Shown one piece after another: positions 9,194 to 18,840 of a DNA stretch of 63,355 nucleotides. Within the stretch, counting starts at the first letter, position 1. Every line of letters starts with the position of its first letter. The DNA is from Myxococcota bacterium. Lineage in GTDB: Bacteria > Myxococcota_A > UBA796 > SXON01. The notes beneath the pieces were generated by a model that did no database searches, had not been told where the DNA came from, and was given only the letters and a program-made list of their open reading frames with translations. The position numbers and the translations under genes were made by a program. The stretch lies in the NCBI GenBank assembly GCA_040386535.1, contig JAZKFH010000035.1, positions 1-63,355 on the forward strand. The letters are read 5' to 3'.

Positions 9194-9495
9194 CCACCGT
9201 CGATGCCCACATCCGGCGCCGCGCCTGGGGCGCGGAGGGCAGCCGCCGGAGGCGGCTGCCCCGGCCGGGCGCGCGAGATGTTCAGGACCAGGGAGATGCC
9301 CCTTCGCCCGGCCGAGCGAGGGGGCCCTGCCGCGCGCCCGGAGCCGACCCGCCCGCGCCCGCGCGGGGGCGCCCGCGCCGCCTGCGACCCGGACCCCCAC
9401 GATCCGGAGCCGCCCGCCCGCGTCCCCGCCGGGGCGCCCGCGCCGAGGCCGCGCTGGGCGCGGGGGAGCGCGGCCATTGCAGCCCTGGGCAGGGT

Positions 9496-9685
9496 CATGT
9501 CCCTGCCAACGCCGATATCTGGAACTCATGCCACCGTGAATGAGCGCCGGAGACGCCGACGCGCTCGCGCTGCACGGACCAACGCCAGGAATTCGGTAGG
9601 CCCGCCGAGGGGGCGGCCGTCGCAGGGGCGGAAACGTGCATTCATCAGGACATGACTCTGGAACTGGGGCGTTCAGGGGGGCATG
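9496..9685. repeat. Head-to-head element of four CATGCC-N4-TGAA-like motifs with 31-bp spacing, family I copy 1
   Basis: Forward motifs at 9496 and 9527; reverse motifs ending 9654 and 9685; same layout at 61471-61650. Confidence 0.65.
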
Positions 9686-9809
9686 GGTCTGGCCCGACGG
9701 CCAGGCGGCAGCTCATGGGCCGCGTCCCGGGATGCCGACGAACCGCGCGGAGCCCAGCACCCCACGCGCGAGGGCGCCGGAGGGCGCACGGACGCGCCAG
9801 CGGCCGGGC

Positions 9810-9850
9810 GGTTCGGCGCCTCCCGGCGCAGCCGGGACCGCGCCAACCGA
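9810..9850. repeat. Bulged hairpin, family H copy
   Basis: GGTTCGGCGC-CTCCCGGCGCAGCCGGGACC-GCGCCAACCGA. Confidence 0.75.
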
Positions 9851-9948
9851 GCGGCTCCGCCGCGAGTCCGCAGGAGACCGACCCTCCGCGTCCGCGCGGA
9901 GGGTCGCGCCCAGATACCGAGCGCCCGCACACCCAGCGCCCGCCTACC

Positions 9949-11955
9949 TCAGCGCCCCTTCCCCATCCGCAACAACACGAACGCGATCGCGACGATCGAC
10001 AGCGCCATCTCGGGCCGGAACGCCACGCCGATGCCCGCCGCGCCGAGGGCGACGTACAGGCCGTTGTTCATCAGGTGCATGAGGACGGGGATGGCGAGCG
10101 AGCCGCTGCGGGCGCGCGCGAAGCCGAAGAGGAGGCCGAGCGCGGCGGTGGGCGCGATGCGGAAGAGGGAGACGTGGAACAGGCCGAACGCCACGGCGGT
10201 CAGGACGGTCGCGAACCAGGGAGGCAGGGAGCGGGCGAGCATTCCCTGGATGGCGCCGCGGAACAACACCTCCTCGCAGATGGCGGGCGCGACCGCGACG
10301 AGGAAGAACAGGAGCGGCAACGGCAGATCGAGCGGGATCATGCCGTTGAGGATCTCGAGGGTGTCGGGCGACATCGGGACGACGTACGCCTGCGCCTCCG
10401 CGACGCAGACGCCCACGAGCGGGCAGAGCGCCCCGGCGACCACGCCCCAGCCGACATCGGCGAGGCGCGGCAGGCGCAGGCCGAGCGTTTCGCGCAGGGC
10501 GAGGCCAAAGAACGCGGGCGCGCCGAGGCCCAGCGGGAGGAAGAGCACGAATTGGGTGACGGTGATGCCGATGGCGAAGTTGGCCTTCTGGGCGGGCGCA
10601 GCGAGGAACCAGAGGAGGCACAGGCCGAGGACGAAGACGGCGAGCGCGTCGGGGACGTAGTCGCCGCGGAGGCGCCGGTGGGTGCCGCCGCGGTCGCCGA
10701 GCAGGATCTCCTCGCGACTCAACCAGCGCGTGGTGAGCGTGAGCGCGGCGCCGGCGTACACGGTGCTCGCGGCGAGGCAGAGCAGCAGCGGGCCGGGGCG
10801 GACGGTGCCGAGGAGCACCTCCTTGAGGGCCACCGACAGGTTGGTGATGGGGATGAGCGCCACGAGCGGGGTCAACGTGGCGTCGGGGAGCATCGCGACC
10901 GCGGCGAGCGCGGTGGGGCCGACGAGCGCCGGAAAAGCGTAGACCTGGCCCGACTTGAAGTCGCTCACGCGGGCGGCCGCGGCGGTCAGGATGGCGGCGA
11001 CGGTGGCGGCCAACGGGAGGAACAACACGAGCGAGATGAGGTAGGCGCGCACGGGGAGCGCGCCGCCGCCGGTCATCGCGGCGCCGATGGGCGTGAGCGA
11101 CGTGATGTAGAGCGACGTGAGCGACACGAACGCCGCGCCGAGTACGAGCACCAACACCGCGAGGAACTTGGCGACGGCGATGTCGCGGCGGTTGGCCGAG
11201 GTGGTGAGGAGGGTCTCGATGGTGCGGCGTTCACGTTCGCCGGTGACGACGTCGAGCGCGGTGTAGATGCCGCCGCTCGCGACGAGCATCATCAGCAGGG
11301 CGGGCAGGTAGCTGGCGGCGTTGCGGAGGGTGCGGGCGGACTCGGAGATGGTGTCGTCCGACCGGCTCACGACGGTGAGGTCGGGATCCACGGCCCCGGC
11401 GGCGCGGAAGGTGGCCGCGCGCTCTGCCTCGCCGGCGCGCTTGGCGAGGGCCTCGGCGCGCTTTCGGGCGGTCATGCCGTTGCGGGCGCCGGCGTCGTAG
11501 CGGATCTCGGCCACGAAGGGCTCGCCGGGCGGGGAGAGGCGGATGCTGGCGTCGGCGTCGGCGAGGGGGGCGCCCTCGGCGGTCACGATGAGCTCGGTGT
11601 GGGCTTCGTTGTAGGGGGTGAGCCGGGCGAGATCGGAGCCGTCCACGGCGCCGGTGAGGTCGCCGTCGAGGCCGCCGGTGAGGGGGCCGACGACCTCGCG
11701 CCCGTCGACGATGCGGCCCTCGCCGAGAGCCCCGCCCTCGCCGAGAGCCCCGCCCTCGACGACCGCGGCCGCCCGGCTCTCGACCGCGAGCGTGACCTCG
11801 ATCGCGTCCGCGCTGGACGCCGCGCTTCGCTGCATGCGCGCGAGCCCAAGGCCCACCATCGGGAACAGCACGCCCTGGCCGAGCACCAGGACCGCGACGG
11901 TCACGCGATCGCGGAGGTGGTGGCGAAGCTCGCCCGCGACGAGGACCCCGATCAG
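9949..11955 (-). CDS. ABC-2/NatB-like permease fused to CPBP (Abi/CAAX) intramembrane protease
   Basis: GELRHHLRDR N-terminus, GERERRTIETLL, C-terminal EEVLFRG / FGLFH / HLMNN CPBP motifs; start uncertain, probably CTG overlapping the upstream TGA. Confidence 0.85.
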   Translation of the reverse strand: MIGVLVAGELRHHLRDRVTVAVLVLGQGVLFPMVGLGLARMQRSAASSADAIEVTLAVESRAAAVVEGGALGEGGALGEGRIVDGREVVGPLTGGLDGDLTGAVDGSDLARLTPYNEAHTELIVTAEGAPLADADASIRLSPPGEPFVAEIRYDAGARNGMTARKRAEALAKRAGEAERAATFRAAGAVDPDLTVVSRSDDTISESARTLRNAASYLPALLMMLVASGGIYTALDVVTGERERRTIETLLTTSANRRDIAVAKFLAVLVLVLGAAFVSLTSLYITSLTPIGAAMTGGGALPVRAYLISLVLFLPLAATVAAILTAAAARVSDFKSGQVYAFPALVGPTALAAVAMLPDATLTPLVALIPITNLSVALKEVLLGTVRPGPLLLCLAASTVYAGAALTLTTRWLSREEILLGDRGGTHRRLRGDYVPDALAVFVLGLCLLWFLAAPAQKANFAIGITVTQFVLFLPLGLGAPAFFGLALRETLGLRLPRLADVGWGVVAGALCPLVGVCVAEAQAYVVPMSPDTLEILNGMIPLDLPLPLLFFLVAVAPAICEEVLFRGAIQGMLARSLPPWFATVLTAVAFGLFHVSLFRIAPTAALGLLFGFARARSGSLAIPVLMHLMNNGLYVALGAAGIGVAFRPEMALSIVAIAFVLLRMGKGR

Positions 11956-12683
11956 GACGCGGCCCGGATGAGCGTGAGGAACGCGTCGGGGAACGTGGCG
12001 ACGCCCGCGCTCGCCTCGACCTCGGGGAGCGTGCCGTCCGCGAGCACCCGCCCGCGGTGGATGATGACCGCACGGTTGCACAAGCGCTCGACCTCGCCGA
12101 GGATGTGCGTGGAATAGACGACGCAGCGCCCATGGTCCCGCGCGTCGGTCAGAAAGCGCATCAGCTCTTCGGAGACCAGCACGTCCAGGCCCGAGGTGGG
12201 CTCGTCGAGCACGAGCACCGGCGGGTCGTGTACCAGCGCTCTCGCGATGTTCACCTTCTGCTTCATGCCGGTGGAGAGCCGCTCGCAGGGCACCTCGGCG
12301 AAGCGCTCGATGTCGAACTGCTCGAGCAGCGCCGCCACGCGGGTCTTGATGTCGACCACGCCCTGGAGCCGCCCGATGTACGTCAACATCTCGCGCGCGG
12401 TGAGCCGGCCGTACAGGCCCGTGTTGGCCGAGAGGTAGCCGATGGACCGCCGAACACCGACGGGGTCCGTACGGATGTCGTGCCCGCACACCGTGGCCGT
12501 GCCGGTGTCGGGCGACACGAGCGTGGCGAGCATGCGCATGGTGGTCGTCTTGCCGGCGCCGTTGGGGCCGAGCAGCGCGACGATCTCGCCGCGGCCGGCG
12601 CGGAAGGACACGTCGGTCACCGCCGCGACCGGGAGCCCGTCGGGACCGGGAAAAGACTTGCCGAGGCCCTGGACGGCGATCAT
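11952..12683 (-). CDS. ABC transporter ATP-binding protein, NatA-like
   Basis: Walker A GPNGAGKTT, LSTGMKQK signature, VLDEPT Walker B; ATGA overlap with upstream gene. Confidence 0.93.
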   Translation of the reverse strand: MIAVQGLGKSFPGPDGLPVAAVTDVSFRAGRGEIVALLGPNGAGKTTTMRMLATLVSPDTGTATVCGHDIRTDPVGVRRSIGYLSANTGLYGRLTAREMLTYIGRLQGVVDIKTRVAALLEQFDIERFAEVPCERLSTGMKQKVNIARALVHDPPVLVLDEPTSGLDVLVSEELMRFLTDARDHGRCVVYSTHILGEVERLCNRAVIIHRGRVLADGTLPEVEASAGVATFPDAFLTLIRAAS

Positions 12684-13900
12684 CGACCCTCTTTGCTGGC
12701 GGATCTGGGTTCTACGTGGGGCCGTGGGGGCGCGTGTGCGCCGATGCGCCAGCCCTCGCCCGAGGCAACCCGGGCCGCGATCAGCACCGGGATGATGACG
12801 AGCAGGATGTTCTGGGCGATGGCGATGGGGGCCCAGGGCCAGATCTCGTGGCCCGCGATCCACTCGCGCATCACGAGGACGAGGTTCGTCACGGGCACGA
12901 GGCCCTTGCCGAGCTCGGGGCCAAAACCGGGGAGCGCGCCCACCGCGCACGCGCCCATGCCGACGATGAGGAACAAGCTGGCGATGTTCTGCGCCTGCTT
13001 GAAGTCGCGCGCCCGGATGACGGCGAGCATCTCCCAGGCGTTGAGCACCAGCGACGCGAGGACCGCGCAGCCGAGCACCCCGAGCCACACGCCGGGGCCG
13101 AAGCCGACCACGAGCGACTGGTCGACGCCGAGCAGCTGGAGCAGCTGCCACAACGACAGGAGGAAGGCGCCGAGGTTCACGACGGTCGCGACGATCACGA
13201 TGGTGAACACGCAGGCGAGCTTTCCCGCGAACACGACGGCGGGCGACGTGGCGCACACGAGCGTCGTCTCGAGCGTTCCGCGCTCGCGCTCGCCCACGGC
13301 GGCCTCGACCGCGGGGTAGAAGCCGGCGATCATCCCGTTGAGGACGAGCACGAACGGCACCATCATCGAGAGGGTCCACGCGACGATCGCGGACTTGTCC
13401 TCGTCGCGCACGGTCACCTTCACGTCGGCGTGTTCGGGCGCGAGGCCGGCCGCGGTCGCGTTGGTGGCGATGCGGGTGGTGCGCACCTCGTCCAGCGCGG
13501 CCTCGACGCGCCGCTGCGCGCGTTCGGACACGGAGCGGTCGGAGCGGAACGTGGTGTCGACCTGCACGCCGCCGCCGCTATCGGTGGCGACGCGCACCAC
13601 GGCGACCACGGTGCCGTCGCCCAGCGCCGCGTCGGGATCGGCCACGTTGACGATCTCCAGCGCCTTGGCGTCCGTCAGCGCGGTGACGACGTCGGGGGGC
13701 GCGCCGACCAGCACGATCGGGGCGCGCTCGTCCGCGATCTGGCCGGTCTGGTACTCGGTCCACAGGTTCGCGGCCCACACCAGCGAGGGGTAGAGCAGCA
13801 GCGGGTACAGCACCGAGAGCAGGAACGCGTTGGGATCCCGCAGGGTCTCCTGCAGCTCCTTGAGGAACACGGCCCGGATCGCGTTCAGGTTGGCGATCAA
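12680..13900 (-). CDS. ABC-2/NatB-like permease
   Basis: KELQETLRD N-terminus, GERERGTLETTL motif, multiple TM helices. Confidence 0.88.
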   Translation of the reverse strand: MIANLNAIRAVFLKELQETLRDPNAFLLSVLYPLLLYPSLVWAANLWTEYQTGQIADERAPIVLVGAPPDVVTALTDAKALEIVNVADPDAALGDGTVVAVVRVATDSGGGVQVDTTFRSDRSVSERAQRRVEAALDEVRTTRIATNATAAGLAPEHADVKVTVRDEDKSAIVAWTLSMMVPFVLVLNGMIAGFYPAVEAAVGERERGTLETTLVCATSPAVVFAGKLACVFTIVIVATVVNLGAFLLSLWQLLQLLGVDQSLVVGFGPGVWLGVLGCAVLASLVLNAWEMLAVIRARDFKQAQNIASLFLIVGMGACAVGALPGFGPELGKGLVPVTNLVLVMREWIAGHEIWPWAPIAIAQNILLVIIPVLIAARVASGEGWRIGAHAPPRPHVEPRSASKEGR

Positions 13901-14403
13901 GCGGGGGTCACCGGGCGGGCGGGGCGTGCGGAGCGGACGCGTCGCGACATGTGGGGGCGTAACGTGGTGGTGCGGGGGAGCGGGGCGTCGTCGTGCTTAC
14001 GTGCAGTTCGAGCTTCGGGCGCGCCCGCGCGGACGCGGGCCGGGTCTCTTGCGGGGTCGGGCATGCGCCCTCCGTCGCCCGGCGGCGCGCCGGGCGACTG
14101 GCGCGGGCGATGGAGCGCGGAGTGGCCTCCGGCCTGTGGCCCCGGCGCGGCCCGCGCCACCCTCCAGCCCCCCTCGCGCGGGTGGGCCTTCGGCCCGGGG
14201 GCGGACCCGCGGGGGAGATGGGAGCGTCGAGGCGGGGCGCGAGGCGGGCGCCCCCGCGCCACGGCCGCGCCCTGTCGAGCAGGTACCGCCTGTTGGCCGC
14301 CGCGCGGCCACCGAGGCACCCCTGTCGAGCGGCGATCCCGCTCGGCGGCTGCCGCGTCGCCGAGTGCGGTGGAGCACGCCCATTCGCGACGCCTGTCGAG
14401 CAC

Positions 14404-14890
14404 TTCGTCCGCCACACGGACGAACTCGACCCCCCTGTCCGACAGGTCCCCCGAGTGGGTGTGATCCACTTCAGTCGGCCGACCAGCGCCAATCCCGCGC
14501 CGCGGGCCAGAGTCGAGAGATGCTCGGTCATCGGCCGCCCCCGGTCCTCCCAGGCGGACCGCAGTCGGGAGATGCTCGGTCATCGGCCGACTGCCGTCCT
14601 GTCCGCGATCCCTGGTGCCGACCAAATGTGCTGCTTGGGCGCGCACCGACTGAAACCGATCACACCCCCCGAGTTCGTCCGCCCCACGGACGAACTCGAC
14701 CCCCCTGTTCGACAGGTCCCCCGATTTCGTCCGCCGCACGGACGAAGTCGACCCCCCTGTTCGACAGGTCCCCCGACTTCGTCCGCCACACGGACGAACT
14801 CGACCCCCCTGTTCGACAGGTCCCGCGACTTCGTCCGCCACACGGACGAAGTCGACCCCCCTGTTCGACAGGTCCCCCGACTTCGTCCGC
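14404..14890 (+). repeat. Tandem 52-bp double-hairpin array, family A (1 unit, MITE insertion, then 4 units + partial)
   Basis: Units begin at 14404, 14674, 14726, 14778, 14830, 14882: TTCGTCCGCCACACGGACGAACTCGACCCCCCTGTTCGACAGGTCCCCCGAC. Confidence 0.93.
14457..14667. mobile_element. 211-bp MITE-like element with 22-bp imperfect TIRs and 7-bp TSD
   Basis: GGGTGTGATCcacTTCAGTCGG / CCGACTGAAaccGATCACACCC (19/22); CCCGAGT duplicated at 14450-14456 and 14668-14674; carries two 51-bp family D hairpins. Confidence 0.8.
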
Positions 14891-15456
14891 CGTCGGCCCG
14901 ATTGCCGCGTGCGAGCGGGCGCACGCCCGCCGCGGCTGGACCTCGCGGCGGTTGGCGGCCCGCGCCGACACCCGAGGCGGCACCCGCCCCCGCGGCGACC
15001 CGCATCGCTACGATCACGGCGAACGCGCGATCGTCGAGCTCCCGAGGCGCCGCCCGCGCACCACCGCCGCCGGCCGCGCCTCTCGCGCGCCAAGGGCGCG
15101 GAGGGCAGCCGCCTCGGCGGCTGGTCCGGCCGGGCGAGCGGGCGATCTCGAGGCTGGCGCAGAGTTGTTCGCCCGGCCGACCAAGCGGCTCCGCCGCGCG
15201 CCCGGAGCCGACCTGCCCCCCCCTGACGCCTCGCTTTGCGCTCGGCTCCGGGGGCGGGCTGCGGGGCCTACCCGGCTTGCCGCCGGGTGCGCTCGCAGCG
15301 CCGTACGATCCTCGGTCGCCCTCGCGGGCAACCGAGGCTTTCGCCCCCCTTCGGGTCGCGCCGGCCCCTTCGCGACGGCTTCGCCGTCCGTCCGCGCGGG
15401 GGCGCCCCCACCCGCCGAACAGCGCCGGCCGTCGGGGGATGGCGCGGCCGACGATC

Positions 15457-15602
15457 GTCCAGCAACGCGCCACCTGCCGGTCAGGTTCGGCGTTGCTGGA
15501 CTCCACGTCCACGCAACCCGGCACCTGCCGGTCAGGTCCGTCGTTGCTGGATTCCACGTCCAGCAACACTCCACCTGCCGGTCAGGTCCGGCGTTGCTGG
15601 CC
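15457..15602. repeat. Three tandem ~51-bp hairpins, family C
   Basis: GTCCAGCAAC...CACCTGCCGGTCAGGT...GTTGCTGGA repeated three times. Confidence 0.85.
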
Positions 15603-15668
15603 TCGCCGTCCAGCTCGCCGCCACCCGCGCCGAGCCTCCGGACCGACGCCACACGTTAGGGAGCCGCC

Positions 15669-16364
15669 ATGCTCTCCCTCGGCGAAGACGCCGACCGCCT
15701 CTACCTCTGGAAGCCCGCCGGCATCCCCGTGTTCCCGCCGCACGCGGACCCCGAGGGGGACTGCCTGCTCGCGCGGATGCTCGTCGCGTGGCCGGAGCGC
15801 GCGGGCGGGTGGCCGGCGGGCTTCGAGGGCGGGATCGCGCACCGGCTCGACACGGCCACGTCGGGCCTCGTGGTCGCCTCCGCCACACGGGAGGGCCTCG
15901 CGCCGTTCCGCGCCGCGTTCGGGACGGGGGCGCTGCGAAAGTTCTACCTGTTCCGGTCCGATGCGCCGGCGCCCTTCGACGAGCAGGTCCGCACCGAGCC
16001 GATCGCGCACCACCCGAACCGGAAGGACCGCATGGTCACGCGGCGTGGGCCGCGCACCACCCACCGCGGCAAGTGGTACGAGGCGTGGACACGCTTCACC
16101 CACCGGGGGGAAGGGTGGTGGGAGGCCGAGATCCGTACGGGCGTCATGCACCAGATCCGCGTCCACGCGGCCGCGGCGGGCATCCCGCTCACGGGGGATC
16201 CCATCTACGGCGGCGCGCCGGGGCCCTTCGTGCTGCACCATGCGCGCATGATCGGCGCGGGCTGGGCCTCGCCGGAGGCGCCGCTGCCGGAGCTGCCCGA
16301 CGTTCCGCGCTTGCCCGAGGTTCCGCGTTCCGACGGAGGGTCCGATGTCCTGGTTCGACCGTAA
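15669..16364 (+). CDS. RluA-family RNA pseudouridine synthase (no S4 domain)
   Basis: KPAG, HRLDTATSG catalytic motif, TGVMHQIRVH, GDPIYG, LHH. Confidence 0.92.
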   Translation: MLSLGEDADRLYLWKPAGIPVFPPHADPEGDCLLARMLVAWPERAGGWPAGFEGGIAHRLDTATSGLVVASATREGLAPFRAAFGTGALRKFYLFRSDAPAPFDEQVRTEPIAHHPNRKDRMVTRRGPRTTHRGKWYEAWTRFTHRGEGWWEAEIRTGVMHQIRVHAAAAGIPLTGDPIYGGAPGPFVLHHARMIGAGWASPEAPLPELPDVPRLPEVPRSDGGSDVLVRP

Positions 16365-17160
16365 TCGCGGCGAGGAGCCCCCCGAGGAGGCGTGGGCGCG
16401 GCTCGGCGCCGTCGTCGACCAGTCGAACGTGGCCGCGGCGGTGCACACCGCGTCCGGCCTCGCGGGGCTGCGCCGCTACGTGTTGCGCTTCGAGGCGCGG
16501 GGCACGCGGGTGCGGGTGACCGGGCTCGAGTCCGAGGCGCTCCCGCGCGGCGGCGGGCCGCCCGATCCGTCGGCGTTCGCGGCCCACGTCGGCGCGGTCG
16601 AGGCGGCGCTGGCCCTGCTCCTCAAGCGGTTCCCCCGCCCGTTCACCTTCGAGCGCGGCGCCATCGGCGTCTCCCGAGGCGGGGACGCCGAGATCGGCCT
16701 GTCCTTCCGCTTCGACGAGGACGCCGACACCTACACGCTCGCCGAGCTGCCCATCCCCACCGGCGAGCCCAACCCCATCGAGGACCCGCGCTACGTCAAG
16801 GCGCTGGCCGCGTGGGAGGGCCGCATCGCGCCCGTGCGCGCGCGCTGGCTCGTGCCGGGCCGGGAAGACGCGTGGACGCTCGACGGCGCCCGCCTCACCA
16901 TCACCGGCCCCGCGGGCAACCGCGTGCTCGGCGCCGACCCCATCGCGCTCTACTGGCCGCAGGGCAACCGCTTCGAGTGGCTCGTGGAGACCCCCGTGGG
17001 CGACGAGCCGCCGTTCGTCGAGCCGGTGCTGACCACCGCGATGAGCGGCGCGATGGAGCTCGCCGTGTTCGCCGCGGTGCGGATGAAGCGCGTGGGCGTG
17101 TTCCAGGGCGGGATCGGGAGCGAGAAGGGAGAGGTGCTGTTCGTGGCGCTGCGCGATTAG
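16345..17160 (+). CDS. Hypothetical protein
   Basis: GGAGG RBS, overlaps the RluA gene end, coding-like codon usage. Confidence 0.75.
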   Translation: MSWFDRNRGEEPPEEAWARLGAVVDQSNVAAAVHTASGLAGLRRYVLRFEARGTRVRVTGLESEALPRGGGPPDPSAFAAHVGAVEAALALLLKRFPRPFTFERGAIGVSRGGDAEIGLSFRFDEDADTYTLAELPIPTGEPNPIEDPRYVKALAAWEGRIAPVRARWLVPGREDAWTLDGARLTITGPAGNRVLGADPIALYWPQGNRFEWLVETPVGDEPPFVEPVLTTAMSGAMELAVFAAVRMKRVGVFQGGIGSEKGEVLFVALRD

Positions 17161-17210
17161 TGGCTCGACCTTTTCCTCACGCAGGTCTATGAGGACGTAG
17201 AGGTCGGAAA

Positions 17211-18839
17211 ATGCTCCTCTTCACGCTGATGCTCGCATGCACGGGTCCCGACGGGGCGGGGCCGCCGCCTCCGGGCGACACCGACACCGATGAGGCCGTG
17301 GACACCGCGTGCGCGCCCACGGCCGAGGTGTGCAACGACCTGGACGACGACTGTGACGGCGAGGTCGACGAGGCCGCCGACGGCGAGACCCGCTTTGCCG
17401 ACGGCGACGGGGACGGCTGGGGCGACGGCGTCGCGACCGTGTGCGACGCCGCGGTGGAGATCGACGGCGACTGCGACGACCGGGACGCCTCCGTCTCCCC
17501 CGGCGCGGTCGAGGTGTGTAATCGGGAGGACGACGACTGTGACGGCGAGGCCAACGAGGTGGGGGCCGCGGGGTGCGAGGACGGCTGGTTCGACGCGGAC
17601 AGCGACAGCTTCGGCGTCGGGGACCCCCTCTGCGTGTGCCCGGGCCCCGCGGACGGGTACACCGCTCGCCAGGCGGGGGACTGTGACGACACCGACTGGT
17701 GGCGCACCGTCGACTGTTCGGAGCCGGTGGTGGTGACCGGGTTCGACGCCGTCATCGTGGGCGAGGTGGACTCCCTCGACCTGGGCGCGGCGGACAGCCC
17801 GTTGCTCACCGCCTCGCGCACGCTCGGTGGGGACGGCACCTGGCTCTACGTCCCGACCGACGAGGCGGACGTCATCGTCTCCGTCCCCACGACCGGGCAG
17901 GTCGGGGTGGACACGGTCACCGTCGCGTCGCTGGACCTCGTGCCGTGGGGCGTGGGCGACTTCGACGGCGACGGCGTGGACGACCTCACGGCGACCAACG
18001 GCACACGCAACTCGAGGTACGACTCGGTCTGGAAGGAGTGGTACTACTACTTCGATGTCGTGCTCCTCCCCGGGCCATTCACGGGCGAGGTCACGCGCGA
18101 GCAGGGCCTGTTTCCGCTCGAGACCCCCTGCACGAACGATCAGTCGACTCTGCGGGCGGGTGGCGACCTGGACGCCGATGGCCGCGAGGACCTGCTCTAC
18201 ACCAGCTCCTGTGACGGCAGGGTGTTGCGGTGGACCGACGCCGGGGCGTGGGATGTCGTCATGGCCGACTGGGGGGGATTCCCCCTGGAGAACGTCGGAG
18301 ACGCCAACGCGGACGGGTTCGACGACCTCCTGATCGACCTGCTGGTGTTCTACGGCCCGGATCCCCGCACCTGGACCGCGGCGGACGCCGACGTCACCTT
18401 GGACACGCACTGGTATCCCGTGAACGTGGGCGATCTCGACGGCGACGGCGACGCCGACTTCGCGGCACGCGGCACGGATTCGCACTGGCTGGTCGACGAT
18501 CTCGCCGCCGGTCCGTTGGAAGATCTCGCCGTCGCGACCCTCGGGGACGCCGACTATGGCACCCCTCCGATCCACGCCCTCGGCGACCTCGACGGAGACG
18601 GCTTCAGCGACCTCGCCGTCACCCGGGACGGCGTCCACGTGTTCCACGGCCCGCTCGCCGGCCGCACCGCGCTCGCAAACGCGGACCTCTTCATCGCGCC
18701 GGTCGAGGCGGATTACCACTTCGGGCGTACGGTGCTGCGGGTGGACGACGAGCCGCGGATCGCCGTCACGTCCAGCAGCGCCAGCCTGGGCGCGCCACAG
18801 GGCGGCGCCGTCTACCTGTTCGATCTGACGGGCCTCTAA
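17211..18839 (+). CDS. Lipoprotein with Cys/Asp-rich putative metal-binding (MopE-related) repeats and FG-GAP/VCBS repeats
   Basis: MLLFTLMLAC; EVCNDLDDDCDGEVDE, DCDD...PGAVEVC; GDFDGDGVDDL, GDLDGDGFSDL. Confidence 0.88.
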   Translation: MLLFTLMLACTGPDGAGPPPPGDTDTDEAVDTACAPTAEVCNDLDDDCDGEVDEAADGETRFADGDGDGWGDGVATVCDAAVEIDGDCDDRDASVSPGAVEVCNREDDDCDGEANEVGAAGCEDGWFDADSDSFGVGDPLCVCPGPADGYTARQAGDCDDTDWWRTVDCSEPVVVTGFDAVIVGEVDSLDLGAADSPLLTASRTLGGDGTWLYVPTDEADVIVSVPTTGQVGVDTVTVASLDLVPWGVGDFDGDGVDDLTATNGTRNSRYDSVWKEWYYYFDVVLLPGPFTGEVTREQGLFPLETPCTNDQSTLRAGGDLDADGREDLLYTSSCDGRVLRWTDAGAWDVVMADWGGFPLENVGDANADGFDDLLIDLLVFYGPDPRTWTAADADVTLDTHWYPVNVGDLDGDGDADFAARGTDSHWLVDDLAAGPLEDLAVATLGDADYGTPPIHALGDLDGDGFSDLAVTRDGVHVFHGPLAGRTALANADLFIAPVEADYHFGRTVLRVDDEPRIAVTSSSASLGAPQGGAVYLFDLTGL

Positions 18840-18840
18840 G

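Noticed and set aside
14674..14890. CRISPR array (also considered for 26345-26514 and 48284-48501)
   Set aside because: Head-to-tail tandem units with no unique spacers
13830..16251. 609- and 752-aa ORFs across the intergenic repeat region
   Set aside because: Translations of hairpin repeats with no domain motifs or coding-like composition
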